DNA of 64,000 bases from an uncultured Planctomycetota bacterium (GTDB lineage: Bacteria > Planctomycetota > Planctomycetia > Isosphaerales > Isosphaeraceae). The notes beneath the pieces were generated by a model. That model did no database searches and was not told the origin of the DNA. It saw nothing but the letters and a program-made list of their open reading frames with translations. The stretch is from NCBI GenBank assembly GCA_963737655.1, contig CAVTTN010000002.1, positions 6,432,001 to 6,496,000 on the forward strand, given 5' to 3'. The translations under genes were made by a program, and so were the position numbers. The stretch's first letter is position 1, and each line of letters starts with the position of its first letter. Positions 1 to 8,816 of the stretch are shown here, in pieces.

Positions 1-1
1 C

Positions 2-268
2 AAGAAGGTGCTGCCTTCGGGCGACCTCTACGCCACGGCGGCGACGCTCTATTACATCATCGCCGGGAAGTTCATCTACGACGAGCTGGCCGACGGCGGG
101 GACATCATCCGGATGCTCCTGGAGGAGCCGCCGGTGCCGATCCAGACCCGGAGGCCGGAGGTGCCCTCGGGGCTGGCCCGAGTCTTGCAGAAATGCTTGG
201 CCCGCGATCCCGCCGACCGTTATCCTACAGCGGGCGAGATGCGCAAGGCGCTCCGGCCGTTCTGCTGA
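2..268 (+). CDS. Ser/Thr protein kinase, C-terminal fragment (5' end outside window)
   Basis: GDLYATAATLYYIIAGK...CLARDPADRYPTAGEMRKAL matches kinase subdomains IX-XI. Confidence 0.85.
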   Translation, partial: KKVLPSGDLYATAATLYYIIAGKFIYDELADGGDIIRMLLEEPPVPIQTRRPEVPSGLARVLQKCLARDPADRYPTAGEMRKALRPFC

Positions 269-294
269 GCCGCCCCGAGCCTCGGGTTCCCCCC

Positions 295-3200
295 ATGGAA
301 GACCGCGAGACCTGCGACGACCCCCCCGGCTCCGCGCCGACGTCGGGGTTCGACGACGCCTCGACCGGGCCGATGGCGCCCGGGGAGAAGACCCCGACCC
401 TATCCAACCCGGCCGACGAGGACGGCACGGACCCGGGTCTCGGGCGCGAGCGGCCGGCGATCGACCCGGACGCGTTCCTCCAAACCTTGCAGAGACTGGG
501 CCTGATCGACGCCGCCGAGGCCGATCTCCGGCGGCGATCGCCGGGGGAAGCCGCCGACCCTCGGGCCCTGGATCGCCTGGCCGAATCCTGGATCGCCTCG
601 GGGCGAATCACCCGGTTCCAGGCCGAGGCGGTCCGCAGGGGGGACGGGGATCGCCTGATCCTGGGGAATTACCTCCTGGTCGGTCGCCTCGGCGCCGGAG
701 GCATGGGCGAGGTCTACAAGGCCGTCCATCGCCGCCTGAAGCGAGTGGCGGCGCTCAAGAGGCTACCCGAATCGGTCGCCAGCCATCCGGCCGCCCTGCT
801 CCGGTTCCAGAGGGAATCCGAGGTCATGGCCCGGCTGAACCACCCGAACGTGGTGGCCGTCTACGACGCCGGGGAATCGGCCGGCCACCCCTACCTCGTG
901 ATGGAGTTTCTCGAGGGGGACGACCTCTGGCGGAGGGTCCAGGACCGGGGGCCGATGGCCGTGGATGAGGCCGTTGACGCCGTGATCCAGGCCGCTCGGG
1001 GGGTGGGAGCGGCCCACGACCGGGGGATCATCCACCGCGACATCAAGCCCTCGAACCTCCTGATGGACGCCTCGGGGATCGTCAAGGTGCTCGACCTCGG
1101 CCTGGCCCGGGTCGTCGAGGAGGCCGATCGCAGCACGATCGAGGGACTGACCCAGGACGGGGTGGTCATGGGCACGCCCGGGTACATGGCCCCGGAGCAG
1201 ATCGACGACTCGCGGCAGGCGGACCATCGGTCCGACGTCTACAGCCTGGGCTGCACCCTCCACTTCCTCCTGACCGGAAGCCCGCCGTATCCGGCCCCGA
1301 CGACGACCGAGAGGCTCCTGGCCCACACCCGGAGGCCGATCCCCTCCCTCCGCCAGGCCCGGTCGGATGTGCCCGAAGCCCTGGACCTCGCCTTCACCCG
1401 GATGCTGGCCAAGGCCCCCGAGGATCGCCTCCAGACGATGGCCGACGTCATCGCCTTGCTCGAGGGGATCGCCCCGACGGGCCGCGCGATCGATCCCGGG
1501 CGAAAGGAAGGGGTCGTCTCGACCGACCCGCCTCCGGGCCGATTTCCGATTCGGGTGCCCCTGCTGCTCGGGGCGGTCCTGGTGGTTGCCCTGCTCGCGG
1601 CCGGGCGATTCGCCCTCCTCGGGAGGCGAGCGTCGGAGGTGGTGACGCGATCGCCGGGCCCCGCCCGGACCGTCACCCGACCGGGCCTCTTCTCGGCCCT
1701 CCTCGACGCCAGGAACGAGGAGCTGACGGCCTGGTGCACGCGGGTCGCCGAACTGAAGATGATGCCGATCCAGATCAGCGGCCATGACGTGGCGGGATCG
1801 CCTCGCTTCGCCGCCGTGGCCCTGCCGAACCCCGACAACCTCGAGTGGGCCGCCCGCCGGGTTCCGGTCGATGTCCCATTCCAGACCCACTTCGACGACA
1901 TGCTCGGCAACCGCTGGTGGCCCCTGAGCATCAGCCTGTTCGACGTCCAGGGCCAGGCCTCCGGGTCGAGCCTCTGGATCGATGAGAAGGTCCTGGCCGA
2001 CCGGAAACACTATTGCTGGTCGGACATCCCGCCGAAGGAATTCCTCGCGAAGTGCGACGAAGGGGACGCCGAGAGGCGCCTGGTCTACCTCTCCGCCCGG
2101 CCGAGCGGCGAGGAGGTCCTGTTCAGCGGCCTCTGGACGACCGACCCGGTGCCGGTCGCGGGCAAGGTCATGAAAATCGACCTGACCGCCGAACGCTTCG
2201 CCGAGTTCCTGGCCGAGAAGAAGGGCCAGGGCTTCCGGCCGACCTCCGCCACCGCGTATCGCTCCGGGGAGACGACCCTTTTCGGCGTGACGATGGTCAA
2301 CGACGGCGACGCTCGGCCCTGGGACGTCGAGTTCGGCCTCTCGACGGACGCCCTCGCCCAGGCCCTGGAACGCCGGGGCGACGACCGGGTGATCCCCCTG
2401 GAAATCACCGGGTATCGCGAGGGGGGCCGGAGTCGATACCTGGTGATCTGGTGCCGGGAGGTCCCCGGGAAGCCCGTGAAGGAGGGCCTCCGGCTGCCCC
2501 CCCGGTCCGCCGCTCCGCCGCTCGATCCGGCCGCCGTCCCCTCGACCGGATCGACCCGCCCGGAGCTCGCCTCGCTGGACGATCTCATCCGGCGGTTCGT
2601 CGCCGAGCACGGCGGGCCCGGCGCCGCCCTGGCCGTGGCCAAGGACGGCCGCCTCGTCTATGCCCGGGGCTTCGGCCTGGCCGACCGCGAGACGAAGGAG
2701 CCGGTCCATCCCGACTCCCTGTTCCGGATCGCCAGCGTGAGCAAGCCGGTGACGGCCTCCGCGGTGATGCTCCTGGCCCAGAGGGGCAAGCTCCAGCTCG
2801 ACGACCTGGCCATCGACGTCCTGAAGCGTCGGCCCGGGCCCAACCCCGAAGCGCCGATCCCCCCGGGATGGCGAAAGGTGACGATCCGCGACCTCCTCCA
2901 GCACACCTCCGGCTGGGACCCGGACCGGGACGATCCGGCCGTCGAGGCGGTCCTGCGGGAGCGGGGAACCTTCCCGGCCCCTCCCGAAACGGCCGTGAGG
3001 GCGATGATCGGCCGGCCCCCCTCGCTGGAACCGGGCCAGGTCCACCGCTATGCCAACGCCAATTACCAGATGCTGGGGCGGGTGATCGAGGCCGCCTCGG
3101 GACAATCCTACGAGGCGTTCGTCCGCCAGGACGTGCTCGCCCCCCTGGGCATCGGCCGGATGCGGCTGGGAGGGAGCCGCCCGGCCGACCGGCTCCCCGG

Positions 3201-3738
3201 CGAGGTCCGTTATCTCGACGGCCTGGACCTCGGCGCCGGGCCCGACGTCGCCGCCGAAGGCCGACCCGTCCCTCGGCCCTACGACGTCGAGATGCCGTCG
3301 ATCGACTCCTCCGGGGGCTGGGTGGCCTCGGCCGTGGACCTCGTCCGCCTCGCCTCGGCGATGGCCCCCGCGGCCCGGGACCGCGTCCTGTCCCCCGAGA
3401 CGGTCCGAAGGATGGTCGCCAGGCCCGCCGGCCCGGCCGGCTTCGGAGACGACGGCCAGCCGCTCACCGTCTTCTTTGCCGCCGGATGGCAGGTCACCGC
3501 GCTCGACCCGGAACCCGTCCGATTCAACCTCTGGCACGATGGGATGCTGCCGGGGAGCGAGGCGCTCCTGGTCCTTCGGGCCGACGGCATCGCCCTGGCC
3601 CTCCTCTTCAATGCCCGCGACGACCGCCCGGGCGAGTCCCTCCGTTTCTCGATCGACGACCCGCTCCACCAGGCGATCAACAACGTGACGACCTGGCCCG
3701 AGATCGACCTGTTCCCGGCCTATGGGATCGGCAAGTAG
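295..3738 (+). CDS. Ser/Thr kinase - TM helix - bacterial tandem repeat (polyglycine-hydrolase-like) domain - serine beta-lactamase/PBP-like hydrolase
   Basis: GAGGMGEV, AALK, HRDIKPSN, DLG, APE; TM VPLLLGAVLVVALLAAG; repeats such as GFRPTSATAYRSGETTLFGVTM and PLEITGYREGGRSRYLVIW; SxxK (IASVSK), YxN (YAN), HDG; ATG at 295. Confidence 0.88.
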   Translation: MEDRETCDDPPGSAPTSGFDDASTGPMAPGEKTPTLSNPADEDGTDPGLGRERPAIDPDAFLQTLQRLGLIDAAEADLRRRSPGEAADPRALDRLAESWIASGRITRFQAEAVRRGDGDRLILGNYLLVGRLGAGGMGEVYKAVHRRLKRVAALKRLPESVASHPAALLRFQRESEVMARLNHPNVVAVYDAGESAGHPYLVMEFLEGDDLWRRVQDRGPMAVDEAVDAVIQAARGVGAAHDRGIIHRDIKPSNLLMDASGIVKVLDLGLARVVEEADRSTIEGLTQDGVVMGTPGYMAPEQIDDSRQADHRSDVYSLGCTLHFLLTGSPPYPAPTTTERLLAHTRRPIPSLRQARSDVPEALDLAFTRMLAKAPEDRLQTMADVIALLEGIAPTGRAIDPGRKEGVVSTDPPPGRFPIRVPLLLGAVLVVALLAAGRFALLGRRASEVVTRSPGPARTVTRPGLFSALLDARNEELTAWCTRVAELKMMPIQISGHDVAGSPRFAAVALPNPDNLEWAARRVPVDVPFQTHFDDMLGNRWWPLSISLFDVQGQASGSSLWIDEKVLADRKHYCWSDIPPKEFLAKCDEGDAERRLVYLSARPSGEEVLFSGLWTTDPVPVAGKVMKIDLTAERFAEFLAEKKGQGFRPTSATAYRSGETTLFGVTMVNDGDARPWDVEFGLSTDALAQALERRGDDRVIPLEITGYREGGRSRYLVIWCREVPGKPVKEGLRLPPRSAAPPLDPAAVPSTGSTRPELASLDDLIRRFVAEHGGPGAALAVAKDGRLVYARGFGLADRETKEPVHPDSLFRIASVSKPVTASAVMLLAQRGKLQLDDLAIDVLKRRPGPNPEAPIPPGWRKVTIRDLLQHTSGWDPDRDDPAVEAVLRERGTFPAPPETAVRAMIGRPPSLEPGQVHRYANANYQMLGRVIEAASGQSYEAFVRQDVLAPLGIGRMRLGGSRPADRLPGEVRYLDGLDLGAGPDVAAEGRPVPRPYDVEMPSIDSSGGWVASAVDLVRLASAMAPAARDRVLSPETVRRMVARPAGPAGFGDDGQPLTVFFAAGWQVTALDPEPVRFNLWHDGMLPGSEALLVLRADGIALALLFNARDDRPGESLRFSIDDPLHQAINNVTTWPEIDLFPAYGIGK

Positions 3739-4682
3739 CGCTCGGCCGGCCCGCCGGGCACGATCACCCGGACCGCCCGGGGCACCACGCTCACCTCGAT
3801 CGGCGTATCGCCGATGATCTCGCCGTCGGCCTGGACCGGCAGGGGCCGCTTCGTGGCGATCTTGACCGAGCGCTCGGCCGTCCGATATCGGGCATTGACG
3901 CTTTGCCGGTGCTTCCCTCGGAGGATGTGCCACGCCAGGCCGAGATAGTCCGGGACGGTCCGGGCCCGGAGGATGCAGACGTCGGCCCGGCCGTCGTCGG
4001 GGCGGATGTGAGGGCCCCACTGGAAGGGCCGTTGCCCGAGCGTCCCGCTGTTGGCCACCAGGACCTGCGAGGCCCGGACCCGCAGCGCCCGGCCGTCGAT
4101 CTCCAGGTCGAACCGCCGGGGCTGGAATCCCACGAGCCGGGAGAGGCCCGTCCAGAGGTAGGCGAGCCGGCCGAACCTCTTCTTCGCCTCGGTCTTGGTG
4201 TCGCGGATCATCAGGGCGTCAATCCCGACGCCGACCTGGGTGAAGAAGTGCCGGTCGCCGATCCGCAGGGCGTCAATCGCGACGGCCGCGAACTCGCCCG
4301 CGAGCAGGCCGCAGGCGGCGTCCAGGTCGATCGGAACGCCCAGCTCCTTGGAAAGGACGTTGGCGGTCCCCAGCGGGATGATCCCGAGGAGGGCGTCGGT
4401 CCCGACCAGGGCGCCGGCCACGGCCGAGACGGTCCCGTCTCCCCCGGCGGCCACCACGGCGTCGCACCCTCGATCGACGGCCGACCGGGCGAGGGCGGCG
4501 AGGTCATCGACCCCGGTCATCTGGTGGACCTCGCACGAGCCGTCGCCGCAGCGCAGATGACGGGCCAGGGCCGCGTGGACCGTCTCGGCCAGGAAGCTTC
4601 CGGACCCGGGATTCAGGATCACGAAGAATCGCGACGCCCGGACGGCGGCCGGCGATGGCGAGGGGACCGGAACAGCGGGCAT
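3720..4682 (-). CDS. Diacylglycerol/lipid kinase family protein (YegS/BmrU-like)
   Basis: ILNPGSG, AAGGDGT, PLGTAN, QADGE motifs. Confidence 0.9.
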   Translation of the reverse strand: MPAVPVPSPSPAAVRASRFFVILNPGSGSFLAETVHAALARHLRCGDGSCEVHQMTGVDDLAALARSAVDRGCDAVVAAGGDGTVSAVAGALVGTDALLGIIPLGTANVLSKELGVPIDLDAACGLLAGEFAAVAIDALRIGDRHFFTQVGVGIDALMIRDTKTEAKKRFGRLAYLWTGLSRLVGFQPRRFDLEIDGRALRVRASQVLVANSGTLGQRPFQWGPHIRPDDGRADVCILRARTVPDYLGLAWHILRGKHRQSVNARYRTAERSVKIATKRPLPVQADGEIIGDTPIEVSVVPRAVRVIVPGGPAERYLPIP

Positions 4683-4755
4683 CGAAGGTTCCTCGCGAGT
4701 CGCGGGGGGTCGTTCGCGCATCGGCCGTCCCTGGAAAGCAACTCCCGGGCCCGGG

Positions 4756-5325
4756 TCACCGCGACTTCGACTCCGCCAGGAGGCCGCGGACGTCTGCCGA
4801 CACGGTCGCCGGGTCGAGCGTGGAAAGGGCGTAGATTTCCCGTTGCTGCCCCCTGGGATCGACGAGGAAGATCCGCGAAGGGTGGTCGAGCGTCCCCGTC
4901 GAGTCCCTCCGCGCCCACATCCCCCAGGCCTTCACCACCTTCGCCACCCTCTCGGGCTCGCCGGTGAGGAAGTGCCACGACGAGGGGTCGGCGCCATAGA
5001 CCTTCGCATACCTCGCCAGGACCTCGGGCGGGTCGTTGGCCGGGTCGAGCGAGATCGACACGAATTCGCACGACTTGCCCCAGAGGCCCTCGGCCTCCAG
5101 ACGGTCGCGAACCTTCGCCATCGTCGAAGTCGTCAGAGGGCAGGTCCCGTTGCACGAAGTGAAGACGAAGCTCACGAGCACGACCTTCCCGCGAAGCGTC
5201 GCCAGGTCGAACGGCTCCCCGCGAGAGTCGATCAACCGGACCTCCGGCGCAGGGCCAATTTCGGCCAGGGGAGACCCCACACCCAACCCAATCCCAAACG
5301 CCAGGAACGCCACCGCTCGGCCCAT
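4756..5325 (-). CDS. SCO1/SenC copper chaperone family protein
   Basis: FTSCNGTCP (CxxxC), ISLDPANDPP, LDHPS His ligand; N-terminal hydrophobic segment. Confidence 0.92.
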   Translation of the reverse strand: MGRAVAFLAFGIGLGVGSPLAEIGPAPEVRLIDSRGEPFDLATLRGKVVLVSFVFTSCNGTCPLTTSTMAKVRDRLEAEGLWGKSCEFVSISLDPANDPPEVLARYAKVYGADPSSWHFLTGEPERVAKVVKAWGMWARRDSTGTLDHPSRIFLVDPRGQQREIYALSTLDPATVSADVRGLLAESKSR

Positions 5326-5336
5326 CGTCCACCCTC

Positions 5337-5404
5337 CACTGCCCACTGCCCACCGCTTCCTTCCCCACTGCCCACTGCCCACTGCCCACTGCCCACTGCC
5401 CACT
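5337..5404. repeat. Heptamer tandem repeat (CCCACTG)n
   Basis: ccactgcccactgcccaccgc...ccccactgcccactgcccactgcccactgcccactgcccact between the SBP56 and SCO genes. Confidence 0.92.
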
Positions 5405-5406
5405 TT

Positions 5407-6603
5407 TTAATTCAAAAGCATGTCATGCCCGCGAGCCGGTCCGGTGGGGAAGCCGTTGAGGTCGATCCCGAACGACGGATCGACCTTCATCCCCTCGGGC
5501 GTGATCCGGACGAGCTTGACCCAGAAGGTGCCGTCGCGGTCGAGCGTCGAGAGCAGCGAATTCGAGACGTACATCCGCAGCCCGTCGCCCGTGACGTGCA
5601 TCATGTTCGGCTGGGTGCCGACCTTCACCGTGTTGAACAGCGTGACATGATCGGGGTCCGAGACGTCGAACTGCTGGATCGTGTCCGCGCCGAAGTTGCT
5701 CACGAAGAGGTAGCGGTCATCGGGGCTCTGGCGGAGGTCGGCGGGCAAGGGGCCGGTGTCGGCGACCTTCTTGAACTCGTACTGGCCGTCGGGCTTGCCC
5801 CGGAACATCCACAGCGAGTTATCCAGGGCGCAATTGGTGAAGCCGTGATCGGCGCCCGGCTTCAGCGACCAGCGGACCTCCAGAGGCGCCGCCCCGGCGT
5901 GGCCGACCTGGATCGGCTTCCTCGCCTTGAAGTCCCAGACGACCATCTCGTCGCCGAAGTCTTTCGTGTCCATCTCGGCGAACGGCTTGCGGTAGTTCCT
6001 CATCGGCGTGAACGAGCTGGTGACCATCCGGTTGAGCTCGGGCTTGATGGCCAGGTCGTAGCCGTAGGGGGCATCCGGAGGCTGGTCGATCTTTCGGATG
6101 AACTTGCCGTCATTGGTGAATTCGGCCAGCCCCGCCGGCAGGCCGCCGTCCTTCGAGCCGAGGAAGCTCAGGAGCATCCGGCCCGGCAGGGCGTAGTACG
6201 TGTGAGGGCCCGTCAGCCCGGCGACGGCCGGGATGTCGTCCAGGACCTTTTCGATCCGTGGCCGGGCCGGGTCGGTGGCCACGTCGAGGATCCAGATCCG
6301 GCTGGAGAGCAGCCCTCCGGCCCAGATCCTCGTGCGGTCGTCGGTATAGCCCCAGTGGTGGGTCTCGTTCCCCTTGGAGCCGAGGTCCAGGGTGTGGATG
6401 ATCCGCGAGAAGGTCCGGCTCTTCGGGTCCACGTCGATCACGGCGACGAAATCGTTGTCCTTGGCGTCGGCGTCCACGCAGAACAGGTAGAGGTACTTCT
6501 CCTGACGGTCCAGCCGACGGACGTAGGGGGAGAGGCAGGTCTCGGCCGTCGCGGAGGCGACCAGGACGATCCCCAGAATCGGGGCAAGATACGGACGGCT
6601 CAT
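5407..6603 (-). CDS. Selenium-binding protein SBP56 / methanethiol oxidase-like beta-propeller, secreted
   Basis: Signal peptide then ETCLSPY, GNETHH, GPHTYYALPGRML, YGYD, APLEVRW, typical of the MtoX/SELENBP1 family. Confidence 0.9.
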   Translation of the reverse strand: MSRPYLAPILGIVLVASATAETCLSPYVRRLDRQEKYLYLFCVDADAKDNDFVAVIDVDPKSRTFSRIIHTLDLGSKGNETHHWGYTDDRTRIWAGGLLSSRIWILDVATDPARPRIEKVLDDIPAVAGLTGPHTYYALPGRMLLSFLGSKDGGLPAGLAEFTNDGKFIRKIDQPPDAPYGYDLAIKPELNRMVTSSFTPMRNYRKPFAEMDTKDFGDEMVVWDFKARKPIQVGHAGAAPLEVRWSLKPGADHGFTNCALDNSLWMFRGKPDGQYEFKKVADTGPLPADLRQSPDDRYLFVSNFGADTIQQFDVSDPDHVTLFNTVKVGTQPNMMHVTGDGLRMYVSNSLLSTLDRDGTFWVKLVRITPEGMKVDPSFGIDLNGFPTGPARGHDMLLN

Positions 6604-6633
6604 GGAATCCCTCCCGGGGCGGGACGACTTGGT

Positions 6634-6936
6634 TCAGAACGACGAGGGGGACGGCTCCTCGAACTCCAGATTCGCGAGCGAGCGATCGAGCTCTCCGGGG
6701 GCGAGCAGGAGGAGGATGGTGATGTCGTCCTGGATCGACTCGGGAAGGGCCTCCAGGAGGGGGGCGACGAGGGCTTCCCGCTCCGAGGGCGACTTGCCCC
6801 GGAACCGCTCATCGATCACCCGGACCCGGATCGACGCCGAATTGTATCGATACGAGGAAACATCCTCGAACGCTCGGCCGAGGGCCTGCTCGATCGAGGC
6901 GGACTCGGGCGTCTTCAGGTCGGTCGGGACGGGCAT
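6634..6936 (-). CDS. Small BolA-like / degenerate MNT-like protein, putative partner of the upstream HEPN protein
   Basis: IRVRVIDERFRGKSPSEREALV; ATG overlaps the HEPN gene stop (TGATG at 6934-6938). Confidence 0.65.
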   Translation of the reverse strand: MPVPTDLKTPESASIEQALGRAFEDVSSYRYNSASIRVRVIDERFRGKSPSEREALVAPLLEALPESIQDDITILLLLAPGELDRSLANLEFEEPSPSSF

Positions 6937-7349
6937 CAAAGGCTCCTCTCCACCCAGTTTCGGACCGCTCGGACGTCGTCGAGGAACTCTGCCGCGACCC
7001 TCCGATCGCCCCGTCCGACGGCGTATCGCCAATCCGTGGACCAGGTCGCGACCCGCCGAAAGACCGCGTTCAACTCCCGGGGGAAGGTGCAGCCGACGCG
7101 GCGGAGGAGGGCCTTCAGGGCCTCGAAATCATGACTCTTCTGCCCCCGAGCGATCTTCCGAAACGTCTCGGCCCGCGCCGGGGCGGCCGTCCTCGCCAGG
7201 ACGAGGGCCTTCAGGGCGCACTCGGCGACATAGCCGCCGAGATACATCGCATCCAGGTTCAGGCCCATCTTGAAGAGGATCTCGGCCGCCTCCAGCCGTT
7301 GACCCGAAGCCCTCCGGTATCGAACGATCTCGGCATCCGGTCCGTCCAT
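6936..7349 (-). CDS. HEPN domain protein
   Basis: AMYLGGYVAECALKAL, KSHDFEAL, WSTDWRY pattern; 137 aa, predicted helical. Confidence 0.8.
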   Translation of the reverse strand: MDGPDAEIVRYRRASGQRLEAAEILFKMGLNLDAMYLGGYVAECALKALVLARTAAPARAETFRKIARGQKSHDFEALKALLRRVGCTFPRELNAVFRRVATWSTDWRYAVGRGDRRVAAEFLDDVRAVRNWVERSL

Positions 7350-7388
7350 CTCGTCATTATGGCCGGGCCCGCCGCGAGCGACAATCTC

Positions 7389-8598
7389 TCAATTCCGGGC
7401 CCAAGCCCCCTCGGCCGCGTGGCAGACGTGGACGGTCGGCTCGACGCCCGTCCTCCGGGCATAGCCGGCCTTCACCCCCTCGGCGAAGGCGTCGGCCTCG
7501 TCGGATCTCACGAGGTTCACCGTGCAGCCGGCCCAACCCGCGCCGGAAAGCTTCCCACCGAGGAACCCGGGCGACTCCTCGGCCGCTTCGATCAGGGCGT
7601 CCAGCGCCGGCGAGCTGTTGCCGAAGTCATCGCGGCTGGACGCGTGCGAGGCGCTCATCAATCGGCCGAACCCGGCGACGTCCCCCGCCTTCAGCGCGAC
7701 CGCCCCGAGCCGGACCCGCTCGTTCTCCGTCAGGACGTGGCGGGCCCGGAGCCGGCCCACCGGGTCGAGCGCGTCCCAATCGGCCTCGACCTCGTCGAGC
7801 GCGACATCGCGGAGGAGAGCGACGGCCGCATCGCCCCGACGGGCCCGATAGAACCCGACGATTCGGCCGCATTCGGCGACCCGTTCGTTGTACTTCCCCT
7901 CGGCAAGCTCCCGGGTCGTCTTCGAGTCGCAGACGACGATCGCCGGCGCCGGGTTTCCCAGCGGGAGACGCTCGAAATCGAGGGTCCGGCAGTCGAGCAA
8001 CAGCGCATGATCGGCCCGGCCGAAGAGGACCGAGAATTGATCGAGCAAGCCCGAGGCCACCCCCACGAACCCGTTCTCCGACCGCCGCAAGACGTTCGCC
8101 AGTTCCATCCTCGCCGGGTCGTCCAGGTCGGCGGAGGCCCCCGGGACGGCACCGATCCTCAACAGGAACATCGCCACGGCCGCCTGGACGCTCGCCGAGG
8201 CTCGAGAGCCCGGCGCCAATCGGGACGTCGCCCGCGAGGGCCAGGTCGAAGCCTTCGGCCAGGGGGCCGAACCGCTCCTGAACGGCCCAGACCACGCCGC
8301 GGACATACTTCGTCCACGACTCGGCCGCGTCCGGATCGAGGCCATCCACGTCGAACGCATCGGCGGCCCCCACGTTCGCGGAAGCCGCCCGTCCGATCCG
8401 CCCCGGCCGCCGCCTTCCCGCCACGACGGTGAACCGATCGATCGCGGCGGCCAGGACGAGCCCGCCGTTGTAATCGGTATGGTTGCCCAGCAATTCGACA
8501 CGCCCCGGGGCCCGGGCGAGGGCCTCGGCGGGGCCGGCTTCGGGGAGGGTGGCGAGGGCGGATTCCGCGAGGGGGCGGAGGTCGTCGGTCATCGGCAT
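7389..8598 (-). CDS. galK: Galactokinase (frameshift near 8199, probably a sequence error)
   Basis: APGRVELLGNHTDYNGG and PIGAGLSS in one frame; SASVQ, GLLDQF, GGKLSGAGWAGC in the next; one extra C (AGC C TCG) joins them. Confidence 0.88.
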
Positions 8599-8816
8599 TC
8601 TTCGAGGTGGTTGCGGAACAGGGCCGCCGGATCGACGCGGCCCCCCCTACCTTAAACGCTCGCCCCTCGGACGGGCTACCGGATCGCCCTCGCTCCGGCC
8701 ACTTTTTGCCGGCACGCCTCGCCCCGGCTCAGCGATTCGTCATGATTGCGGGAAGGCCGGGGCTCGTCTATCGTGAGAGGGGATTTCTCCCCTGGCACCC
8801 TTCGGCCCCGGACCCG

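Noticed and set aside
763..4967. Long alternative-frame and antisense ORFs (763-4020, 2013-4967, and similarly 52601-55687, 58252-60975, 34883-37195)
   Set aside because: Shadow ORFs of high-GC coding sequence: Arg/Pro/Gly-rich, no motifs, overlapping well-supported genes
5407..6603. Selenocysteine recoding in the 'selenium-binding' protein
   Set aside because: No in-frame TGA; the ORF is continuous and ends in TAA
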